Source: an uncultured Chthonomonadaceae bacterium
Lineage (GTDB): Bacteria > Armatimonadota > Chthonomonadetes > Chthonomonadales > Chthonomonadaceae
Reading direction: 5' to 3'
DNA: 64,000 bases
Assembly (NCBI GenBank): GCA_963835065.1
Contig: CAWIEK010000053.1
Coordinates: forward strand, 508,595-572,594
In this document: one piece after another, positions 9,466 through 17,456 of the stretch
Layout of the letters: each line of letters starts with the position of its first letter
How positions within the stretch are numbered: the first letter of the stretch is position 1
Translations under genes and position numbers: made by a program
Notes under the pieces: model-generated
Told to the model about the DNA's origin: nothing
Seen by the model: the letters and a program-made list of their open reading frames with translations, nothing else
Databases searched by the model: none

Positions 9466-10014
9466 TTAATGGGCATTTTTTTGCAGTTGCTCAATCTGCG
9501 CTTTGACCGCTTCCAAATCGCCATCAATTCGGGTGACGAATCGCCCGTTTCGGTCAATCAACACGCAGGAAGGGATGCCGCCGCCGCCGAATCAATTAAA
9601 GACGGCCTGATCTTCATCCGACAGCAGGGGATACGTCACGTTGTGCTTGTCGCGGAACGCTTTTAATTCCGCGCCGGACTCGCCTACGGCAAGCGCGAGT
9701 ACTTGTACGCCCTTATTCTTGTACGCCTGCCAGATTTCCTGTTCCAATTGCGGAGCCTCCGCATTGCAGCTTCCTCACCACGAAGCGTAGAACACAAGGG
9801 GAATGATTTTGCCCCGGTAATCGGACAAATGGACGGTTTTGCCGTTCTCATCCTTGAGCGCAAAGTCTTCTACGGGTTTTCCGACCTGCGAGGCAAGCGA
9901 CCCGTTCATCGGTTCGCCGGATGTGGCCGGCTTCAAACTCTGCCGGAACGCGAACACGACCCAGGCAATTGCCAGAGCCAATGCCATCGTCAGCAGCGTA
10001 ACACGTTTACTCAT
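9466..10014 (-). CDS. Selenocysteine-containing thioredoxin-fold redoxin (TlpA/AhpC-TSA-like), W-U-G-S-C motif; second in-frame TGA at 9592-9594
   Basis: N-terminal anchor, DFALKDENGKTVHLSDYRGK, FYASW-TGA(9775-9777)-GSCNAEAPQLE...YPLLSD...IPSCVLIDRNG; frame continues to TAA at 9466. Confidence 0.85.
9745..9766 (-). promoter_or_regulatory. Bacterial SECIS-like hairpin
   Basis: CAA-TGCGGA-GGC-TCCGCA-A-TTG stem-loop; G-containing loop 17 nt downstream of the UGA. Confidence 0.7.
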
Positions 10015-10050
10015 TGTTGATTTCTCTTTCAGGCGCGTCTTCTTTGGGGT

Positions 10051-10082
10051 TTATTCGCGTCCATTCGCGTTTATTCGCGGCT
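10051..10082 (-). repeat. Decamer repeat element (CGCGAAT core x3), same family as 59865 and 60954
   Basis: Reverse complement AGCCGCGAATAAACGCGAATGGACGCGAATAA. Confidence 0.85.
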
Positions 10083-10099
10083 AAATCCTCTTCTAAATC

Positions 10100-10172
10100 T
10101 TCTAAGTGGAGGTTTGCTGAAAGTTCGTAGTTCCTGCGCGTCTATCAACTACGAACTAGCAACTATCAACTG
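10100..10172 (-). repeat. About 75-bp dispersed element, copy 1: (GTTGATA)4 + GCAGGAACTRCGAAYTTTCAGC + CTCCRCTTAGA
   Basis: Aligns by eye with 53471-53545 on the opposite strand. Confidence 0.8.
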
Positions 10173-10195
10173 CTTGGGATTGGAGCGACACACGT

Positions 10196-11339
10196 ATGTC
10201 TTCTTTCGCTATTGACGTTGGCGGCCTGCCCCTGGTTCCCCTGGCAGGCTTGCAGAGCCGCAGTCTCAGCCGCGAGAACCCGGATGGCGGCAAGGGCGCG
10301 GGCGGGCAGGCGGGAAAAGGACGCAAGGGAGCGCCCAACATCGAACCCTTGCGGGCAGGCGAAACCGTCACGCTTGCCGACATAGAAGGTCCGGGCTGCA
10401 TCCGGCATATCTGGCTGACCACGCCACCTGGCAATCCGCTCCATGACCGCAATCTTATCATACGTTGCTATTGGGACGGGCAGGAACAGCCGAGCGTGGA
10501 ATGTCCACTGGGAGATTTCTTCGGCATGGCGCACGGACGCCGCAGGCATTTCGCCAGCGCCCTGACTTCTATGCCGGAAGGCCGGGGATTAAGCAGTTAC
10601 TACGCGATGCCGTTCCGCCGACACGCCCGCATCACGGTTGAAAACGATACGGGCGCAGACGTGCCCATGCTGTTCTACCAGATTGATTATACGGTTGGCG
10701 ACGCTCTGGACGACGACACCGGCTATTTTCACTGCCAATTCCGGCGCGTCAATCCGACCACACTGCGCGAGGATTACGTTGTACTGGATGGCGTACAGGG
10801 GCGCGGGCGGTTTTTGGGCTGCGTCATCGGAATTCGGACGCTGGACGCGCATTGGTGGGGCGAGGGCGAGTTCAAGTTCTATCTGGACGGCGATACAGCG
10901 TTTCCCACGATTTGCGGCACGGGCAGTGAAGATTACGCCTGCTCCGCCTGGGGCCTGGGCGTTCACCACACGCCCTATCACGGCTGTCCGCTGTATCTGC
11001 ACCAACATGCGGACGGACTTGACCGCGACCTGAACGCCCTTGTCAGCTATTATCGCTGGCATATCCTCGACCCTATTTACTTTCACGAGAACATCCGGGT
11101 TGCCGCGCAGCAAATGGGCGGCGCATCCGTAGAACAGGTTCGGGAACGCATCCAACAGGGCGCAATAGAGTTGGTAACGCCCCTGAAACCCGGCCAGGCA
11201 TTCACCCTCTTCGAGCGTCAGGACGACATGAGTTCCGCCGCCTTCTGGTATCAAACCCTGCCCACGCAGCCATTCCCCACTTTCCCTGACCGCGCTATTA
11301 CGCTCTATCGGCCTGGAATCGCGCTTGGAGGAACAATGA
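10196..11339 (+). CDS. DUF2961 / GH172-family glycoside hydrolase; apparent fusion to the next gene probably caused by a 1-nt insertion near 11297
   Basis: SRENPDGGKG, GPGCIRHIW, PLGDFFG, WWGEGE, GTGSEDY, YRWHILDPIYF, DDMSSAAFWYQ. The shifted frame reads LRSIGLESRLEEQ-TGA, overlapping the next ATG. Confidence 0.85.
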
Positions 11340-11668
11340 CATTGGACGACGTATCTATACTGCGACAGCAAGCCATGCAGAGTCTCGAAAAGCACATTCG
11401 GCAACAGCAATCACAAACCCAGGCGGAAATTCGCGCCCATTTGAACGCTCACCTGACAGAAGAAGAACAGGAGCGATTGACCCGAATGCAGGAACGCAGT
11501 AAAGAGCAGGAACCCACAGCGGAAGACTTGGAAGAGCGGCAGGAGCTATTTGCCCGCATTGAGGCCGTAGCAACGGAGAAAGCGGCAGCCATCTGGCTGT
11601 TATTGGGCAATTCGCTCCCAAATGGAGGTGGGAAAGGGGTGATGGAGGATGGAGGAACAAACCCATGA
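11336..11668 (+). CDS. Hypothetical alpha-helical protein
   Basis: GGAGG-ACA-type RBS before ATG 11336; ATGA overlaps on both sides. Confidence 0.65.
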   Translation: MTLDDVSILRQQAMQSLEKHIRQQQSQTQAEIRAHLNAHLTEEEQERLTRMQERSKEQEPTAEDLEERQELFARIEAVATEKAAAIWLLLGNSLPNGGGKGVMEDGGTNP

Positions 11669-12303
11669 ACCTTTCTGCGCAGGAAGCATGTCAAAATCTG
11701 GTTGACGCGCTTGCGGAAGCCCGCGCTGTCAACGCCGAGCAGAAGCAGCACACAACAGCCGCGCGCCAGAAGGCAGAGGGAGTCGAGGAGCAGGTTCTCT
11801 CCATGTTGAAGGCGCAGCAGGCGGATGTAGCGAGCGCAGATGCGCAACAGCAGCTTCGCCAGTATTATGAGCGAACGCGCAGCCGTTTGCCTTCACAGGA
11901 CGAAGAAGCCAATCGCCTTCTACATGTAACATCATTGCGTTTACGCTGGGAAACAGCCCTGTGTGACAGTCAGCTTGCGCTAATGCGCTTGTACGCCTAT
12001 ACCGAAGCGCAGGCAGGCGCAGAGCAAATCGCGGAAATGCTGCGAACCCTGCGCCTGCTTCAGGTTAAAGAGGTGCCGCGCCCTCGGCCTATGCCCCCGC
12101 TTCCCACTGCCGATATAGAAAACGCCTCCCAAAAAGACCAACAACGGCAAAACATCGGGATGGCGCTTGATTTCATTAAAGGCATGAGCGGCTACACAGA
12201 GCAGGTACAACAGTCGTATCAAGAGAGAAGCGACCAAACCCAAACGCTGTTAAAGCAGATATATGAGGAAGCCGAAGCGTTGGCACAGCGATTGAAGGCT
12301 TAG
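11665..12303 (+). CDS. Hypothetical coiled-coil protein
   Basis: 212-aa Q/E/A-rich ORF with GGAGG RBS. Confidence 0.7.
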   Translation: MNLSAQEACQNLVDALAEARAVNAEQKQHTTAARQKAEGVEEQVLSMLKAQQADVASADAQQQLRQYYERTRSRLPSQDEEANRLLHVTSLRLRWETALCDSQLALMRLYAYTEAQAGAEQIAEMLRTLRLLQVKEVPRPRPMPPLPTADIENASQKDQQRQNIGMALDFIKGMSGYTEQVQQSYQERSDQTQTLLKQIYEEAEALAQRLKA

Positions 12304-12477
12304 GCTTCGTGACAATTCCCCATTGCTAACGCAAGGGGCTTCTAAGGTTCTTCCCCTACCGTGTGTTGTCCCACACGGATCTGTTACGGAGCAACCCGGA
12401 AGGTTTTCTATCAGGCGGGATTTACGATTTGAGCCTGAAAACCGTTGGAACCTTCCTCTGCCTATGCTCAACTAATT
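12289..12477 (-). ncRNA. Putative standalone TnpB-type omegaRNA (scaffold + flank-derived guide)
   Basis: Stems AAGGTTC/GAACCTT, GGTTTTC/GAAAACC, CAGGC/GCCTG, CCGTGTG/CACACGG and the right-end hairpin. Confidence 0.6.
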
Positions 12478-12617
12478 GGGTGTAGTATACCAGACAAGCA
12501 TCTGCACAGTCAAGCGCGGATGGGAAGATTGCAAAGCCTTTTGCTGAGACAAAAGTTTCGCAACAGGAAGTCCATTCCTCCACATACCTAAACGTAGTGG
12601 CTTTCTGGACTTAGAAG
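12309..12617 (-). mobile_element. Non-autonomous IS200/IS605-family element (309 bp, no ORF)
   Basis: Left end TTAC|...GAAAG-CCACTACGTTTAGGTATGTGG hairpin; right end GAAG-CCCCTTGCGTTAGCAATGGGG-AATTGTCAC. Guide/cleavage tetranucleotides AAAG/TTAC and GAAG/TCAC follow IS608-type pairing. Confidence 0.8.
12484..12513 (-). promoter_or_regulatory. Sigma70-type promoter inside the IS605-type element
   Basis: TTGACT-18 nt-TATACT with extended TG, pointing toward the right end. Confidence 0.7.
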
Positions 12618-13082
12618 GTAAATTTTTAACCTTCCAAACATAAGGGCGTTGCTTGCTGCGCCCACCAGGAACAACCGGTCCAGAAAAAACACAGAAAAAG
12701 AAACAGAAAAAAGAGCGAAATAACGCGGAAAAAGCGAACCCTTTGCCTCACACAGCCGTCTAAATAGCAGAACAATGTCTATCATCCAAATGTTAGACAC
12801 CGGAAGGGAGGTGCAAAGCCTATGTTTCACCCCTCCCGCTCGCCCTGACGCTGCTGAGGCCATGACGCCTCACTCCTACAACTTGACACAACGAGACATC
12901 GGGCTGGAAGCGCTGCATTGCCAAGATTTCGACGCTGCCTCTACATATCATTCTTTCATCCTTCATCCTTTGCTTGCGCCACTTCTCATTGGCAAAGGTA
13001 GGCTTCCCGCCTGTTCGGGAAATTATTGATTTACGGACCCTTAACGCTGGTTTACGCAAAACAGACGCAGGACAAAGCATTT

Positions 13083-13614
13083 ATGAAAATAACAGGGTTT
13101 CAGTTGATGGATCGCATGGAAGCGCTGCGGGAACAGGGGCAGCTTGTCAACAAGCAGTTCGTGCGCTCCCTGTTTCGCTTTGCCGACGACCAGACGCAGC
13201 CCGGACCCACGCGACTTGATGCAGGCGTTTGAAGGGTATGAGCGCAAAATCGCGCTGCTGCAAACGGCGCAGGCGCAGTACAATTCGCGGGTGCAGGTGG
13301 AAGTTCGGGGCGAAACCATGCCGCTGCAGCAGGCCATTAAAATGTATGGCAGCATCAAGCTAATCAAGCAGAACTGGCAGACCGCCGCCAAGCCCGACCC
13401 AACGGACGCCTCCAAGCAGCGCTACTACACCGGCGGCAACGAATTTCTGTCACGGGATAAGGATACCGAGTACGCGCAGCGCGTGGTTTCGATGGAGGAG
13501 TGTCAGCGCTTGGCGGAAGACGCGGCCAACCTTGCGCTTGCCTTGAAACAGGCCATTCGTTCGGGCAATGCCGCCATCATAGACGTGGAAATGGATGCTT
13601 CCGCATGGGAGTAA
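13083..13614 (+). CDS. Hypothetical long-helix protein, one frameshift near 13200
   Basis: MKITGFQLMDRMEALRE...ADDQTQP continues as DPRDLMQAFEGYERKIALLQTAQAQYN in the adjacent frame. Confidence 0.65.
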
Positions 13615-13656
13615 GAAGCAGAACATGGCAATAAGGCAAAATTAAATTTGTTCCGT

Positions 13657-13852
13657 CTTGCCTCTGCGTTTTTCGGAACGCGGCGGCAGGAGGCGGAGAC
13701 TATCAAAAACTTCTTCGGTCTTCCATATCGGCGCAAAATTGGTTTTCCCGTCCGTCTGAGAACCTTGATTCTTCCCTCACTCGGACCAATCCCTGCTACT
13801 GCCGACGGTCGAATTCCGTCCGTGATCCTTGCTTGATGGTCTCCGCCTTTTT
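13657..13852 (+). ncRNA. Candidate structured RNA
   Basis: UUCG-capped hairpin 13657-13690; 16-bp long-range stem AGGCGGAGACTATCAA/TTGATGGTCTCCGCCT; internal GACGG/CCGTC hairpin. Confidence 0.5.
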
Positions 13853-14072
13853 CCACGCCCGCCCGATAGCTTAACCTTCAACGTACAGTGAGACCGCCGG
13901 AAACATTTCTCCACTCTGCTTACACCTGCACCGAGCGACGATTTTAACAGATTACGCAACAGTTCAAACATTTGCGCGTATGAGAAGAGAAACGTGTCAG
14001 GAGGTCAGCATCCGTTGAAGGACGACATTCTACTTCCTAAAACGCATTTTACTCCTTTGGAAAGGATCAATC

Positions 14073-14783
14073 GTGCAGCGCGAGTATCATAAATGGCATA
14101 GCGACATTTTGGGGCGGGATATGGAACTGCTGGTTTTTGGGCAGGGCGGTACGCCGCTTTTGGTGTTTCCCACGTCGATGGGACGGTTTTACCAGTACGA
14201 AGATCAGGGCATGATTGCCGCCACGCAAGCCAAGTACGAGAGCGGCCAGTTACAGGCGTTTTGCGTGGACAGCGTGGACGAGGAAAGCTGGTACAACAAA
14301 AGCGTTTCGCCGCATGACCGCGTGGCGCGGCACCTTCAGTACGAGCGCTACATCATTGAGGAAGTGCTGCCGTTTATTCACGGTCGCAACCAATCGCCCA
14401 CCTTGTGCGCGACGGGGTGCAGTTTCGGCGGCTACCATTGCGTCAACTTCGCCCTCCGGCATCCCGACCTGGTCACGCACTGCGTCAGCATGGCGGGCGC
14501 GTTCAGCGTCCGCTCGTTTTTGGACGGCTATTTTGACACGGACGCTTATCTCAACAGCCCCGTAGATTTCCTGCCCAATCTCAACGACGGCTGGTACTGG
14601 GAACGCTATCAGCAAATGCAGATGATTCTCGCCGTCGGCGAAAAGGACATTTGCCTGGCTTCCAACCTCCAGCTCAACGACATTATGAACGCCAAAAGCA
14701 TCCGGCACTGGCTGGACGTATGGGGCAACGGCGCGTACCACGACTGGCCCATCTGGCGGCAAATGGCGGTCAAGTATTTCTGA
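14073..14783 (+). CDS. Putative esterase (alpha/beta hydrolase)
   Basis: GCSFG nucleophile motif; HDWPIW. Confidence 0.85.
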   Translation: MQREYHKWHSDILGRDMELLVFGQGGTPLLVFPTSMGRFYQYEDQGMIAATQAKYESGQLQAFCVDSVDEESWYNKSVSPHDRVARHLQYERYIIEEVLPFIHGRNQSPTLCATGCSFGGYHCVNFALRHPDLVTHCVSMAGAFSVRSFLDGYFDTDAYLNSPVDFLPNLNDGWYWERYQQMQMILAVGEKDICLASNLQLNDIMNAKSIRHWLDVWGNGAYHDWPIWRQMAVKYF

Positions 14784-14909
14784 AGGGGTCAGGATTGAGG
14801 GGTCAGGGGTCAGGCAATCGCTTCCTCTGGCGGCACATCGCGGTTAAACTTCGGGTCAAAATTAGGGGTCAGTGAGAAGTGAGAGTGACAATTTGATGGG
14901 AGTGAAGCC

Positions 14910-15848
14910 TTGAAAAAAATCGGCATCTTGTACGGCATGGAGAACACGTTTCCGTTTGCGCTGATTGACAAGATCAACAGCATGAAAACGGAGGGCGTGA
15001 CGGCGGAAAGTTTGCAGGTGGGCGGCGTAATAATGGACGAACCCTGTGGCTATGACCTGATTGTGGACCGCATCTCCCAGGACATTCCGTTTTATCGCGC
15101 GTTTCTGAAACACGCCGTGCTGACCGGAACCCGCGTGATCAACAATCCCTTCTGGTGGACGGCGGACGACAAGTTTTTCAACTACGCGCTGTCTGCTAAA
15201 TTGGGAGTCGCCACGCCGCGCACCGTGCTGCTGCCGCACAATCAGCACCCGCCCGATACCACGTCACAGTCCCACCGCAACCTGATCTATCCTTTGGATT
15301 GGGAGGGAATTTTCGCGTACATAGGCTTTCCCGCGTTCCTCAAGCCTTACAGCGGCGGCGGCTGGAAACACGTTTACAAAGTCCATACGCCCGACGAGTT
15401 TTTTGCGGCCTATAACCAAACGGGCGACTTGTGCATGACTTTGCAGCAGGGCATCGAGTTTGAGGACTATTACCGCTGCTATGTCATCGGGCAGCAGAAC
15501 GTCCACATCATGCGCTATGACCCGCGCCGCCCCCATGCCGAGCGCTACGTCAAGGAACCCGCGCCCGCGCAGGAGCAGATGAACGCCCGCCTGACCAAAG
15601 ACTGCCTGACCCTATGCCGCGCGCTTGGCTACGACATGAACACCGTCGAGTTTGCGGTTCAGGACGGCATCCCCTACGCGATTGACTTTCTCAACCCCGC
15701 CCCGGACGCCGACATCGCTTCCGTCGGGCAAGAGAATTTTGATTGGATCGTCAACGCGATGGCGACCTACACTGTAGAGGAAGTTCTCAAGCCGACGCAC
15801 ATCGTACCCGAACTGCGCTGGTCAAAGTTTCTGGATTCCAGTCGGTAA
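14910..15848 (+). CDS. ATP-grasp (RimK/glutathione synthetase-like) protein
   Basis: DDKFFNY, FPAFLKPYSGGGWKHVYK, TVEFAV...IDFLNPAPD. Confidence 0.85.
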   Translation: MKKIGILYGMENTFPFALIDKINSMKTEGVTAESLQVGGVIMDEPCGYDLIVDRISQDIPFYRAFLKHAVLTGTRVINNPFWWTADDKFFNYALSAKLGVATPRTVLLPHNQHPPDTTSQSHRNLIYPLDWEGIFAYIGFPAFLKPYSGGGWKHVYKVHTPDEFFAAYNQTGDLCMTLQQGIEFEDYYRCYVIGQQNVHIMRYDPRRPHAERYVKEPAPAQEQMNARLTKDCLTLCRALGYDMNTVEFAVQDGIPYAIDFLNPAPDADIASVGQENFDWIVNAMATYTVEEVLKPTHIVPELRWSKFLDSSR

Positions 15849-15856
15849 GAAAGGGG

Positions 15857-15967
15857 GTCAGGTATCAGGTATCAGGTGTCAGGAGGCGATTGTCAGGTGT
15901 TCATACAAAGCAATGCGAGAGGAATAGAGGTTACCTGACACCTGACACCTGATACCTGATACCTGAC
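15857..15967. repeat. Inverted heptamer arrays (CAGGTRT)n / (AYACCTG)n
   Basis: Perfect 27-bp inverted repeat 15857-15883 / 15941-15967. Confidence 0.95.
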
Positions 15968-15978
15968 GAGGAGTTTCC

Positions 15979-16608
15979 ATGACAATCCGGCAGTACAGTC
16001 TTGGGCCGATGGACAACAATACCTATCTCATTGTGGATGAGGCGACGAACGAGGCCGCGCTGGTGGACCCATCGTTCGACAGCGAAACCATTCTGCCCGA
16101 TATTATGGCGAATGGCTATACTCTGCGCTATATTCTCAATACGCATGCCCATTTTGACCACATCATGGGCAATGCGTTTTGGGCGCGGGAAACCGGTGCG
16201 CCGATTGCCCTGCACCGCGACGATTTGTTTTTGCTGCAAGGCTTGGAAGACCAGGCCGTGATGTTTGGCTTCGACGCCACGCCCTCGCCCGACCCAACCA
16301 TTTTTCTGGAAGACAACCAGACACTTCAATTGGGTCAAACACAAATCAAGGTGCTGTTCACGCCCGGACACGCGCCCGGCCATGTCACGTTCCTTGTCGG
16401 CAATGTTGCGCTTGCCGGGGATTGCCTGTTCGCCGGCAGCATCGGGCGCACTGACCTGCCCGGCGGCTCGCTGCAAACCTTGCTGCACTCCATCCGAACC
16501 CGCCTGCTGACCCTGCCCAACGACACCCGCGTTCTGCCCGGTCACGGCAAGCCAACCACCATAGGAACCGAGCGCAGTCGCAACCCGTACCTGCAAGAGC
16601 AAGGATGA
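15979..16608 (+). CDS. MBL-fold metallo-hydrolase (glyoxalase II-like)
   Basis: THAHFDH, TPGHAPGH, GDCLF, PGHG. Confidence 0.9.
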   Translation: MTIRQYSLGPMDNNTYLIVDEATNEAALVDPSFDSETILPDIMANGYTLRYILNTHAHFDHIMGNAFWARETGAPIALHRDDLFLLQGLEDQAVMFGFDATPSPDPTIFLEDNQTLQLGQTQIKVLFTPGHAPGHVTFLVGNVALAGDCLFAGSIGRTDLPGGSLQTLLHSIRTRLLTLPNDTRVLPGHGKPTTIGTERSRNPYLQEQG

Positions 16609-16651
16609 GGGATAAGAAGATATTAAGATATAAGATATAAGGGGAGGCGGG

Positions 16652-17221
16652 ATGAAGGCGGAATGTGAGCGGGCGTTTAAGGAATGGGCGGTTTCGTGCG
16701 CGGCGCTGCAAAGCGGGGAGCAAATACTGCTCATTCGCAAGGGCGGCATACGCGAGGACGGAGGCACATTCACGATTGCCGATACCGAGTTCTTTTTGAT
16801 GCCTACCTACGAGCATCAGGACGCGGGGCTATTGCAGCCCCACTGGGTGTCGCGCCTTCATGCTCTGCAAGCCGAACCGCATGACGCGGACAAAGTAACC
16901 CTTGCCGCTTATGCCGTCGTGGACACTATCTTGCAGGCGCGGGATGACGCGCAGGTAAACGCGCTTGCCAATGATCACATCTGGAACGCCGCTTACGTGA
17001 AGCAGCGCTTCGACTTCAATCCCTACGACCCGCTGTACCTGCTGATTCTGCGCGTGTACAACCTGCCTCATCCCGTCACGCTGGAAATGCAGGCCGCGTA
17101 TGTTGGCTGCAAATCGTGGGTCACGCTTGACCGCCCACTTTCCACCCGCAACGTTACGCCTGCCCTCTCCGATGAAGCGTTTGCCCAACGTCGCGCCGAA
17201 CTGCTGGCAAAACTCAAATAA
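16652..17221 (+). CDS. DUF1802 family protein
   Basis: AFKEWAV...GEQILLIRKGGIRE...PTYEHQ...GCKSWV. Confidence 0.85.
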   Translation: MKAECERAFKEWAVSCAALQSGEQILLIRKGGIREDGGTFTIADTEFFLMPTYEHQDAGLLQPHWVSRLHALQAEPHDADKVTLAAYAVVDTILQARDDAQVNALANDHIWNAAYVKQRFDFNPYDPLYLLILRVYNLPHPVTLEMQAAYVGCKSWVTLDRPLSTRNVTPALSDEAFAQRRAELLAKLK

Positions 17222-17244
17222 TGTGACTCACGACCGCTTCCGGG

Positions 17245-17370
17245 TTCTTTGCTTCTTTTGCGGTTTTTTTCGTCTTGCCCTTTTCGTTTAGTTCGTGTGT
17301 TTCGCGGTTCCCATCTCTCCTCTTCTCCTTTTCTTCTTTTCTCTGTGAAACCTCTGTGCCTCTGTGTCTC
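17245..17370. repeat. Stack of 9-mer-period repeat arms, related to the right half of 45870-46160
   Basis: TTCTTTGC...GCGGTT, TTCGTGTGTTTCGCGGTT, CTCTGTG x3. Confidence 0.75.
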
Positions 17371-17456
17371 TAGCGCAGCGGGTGGTGAACTTCTCCCTCT
17401 GGAACTGCTGCGCGAGGGCTGTGGCGGTGATGAGCGGGCTTTACAGGGATGGAAAC

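Noticed and set aside
10196..11668. 490-aa GH172-coiled-coil fusion protein
   Set aside because: An internal GGAGG-ATG at 11336 and a natural C-terminus in the shifted frame ending in an ATGA overlap indicate two genes joined by an indel
12309..12345. IscB/HEARO-type RNA on the plus strand
   Set aside because: Promoter direction, the TTAC left end and the TCAC right end fit a minus-strand TnpB-type layout better; no IscB ORF nearby
13200..13210. Programmed ribosomal frameshifting at this and other breaks
   Set aside because: No slippery heptamer with a downstream structure; the window-wide indel rate explains the breaks
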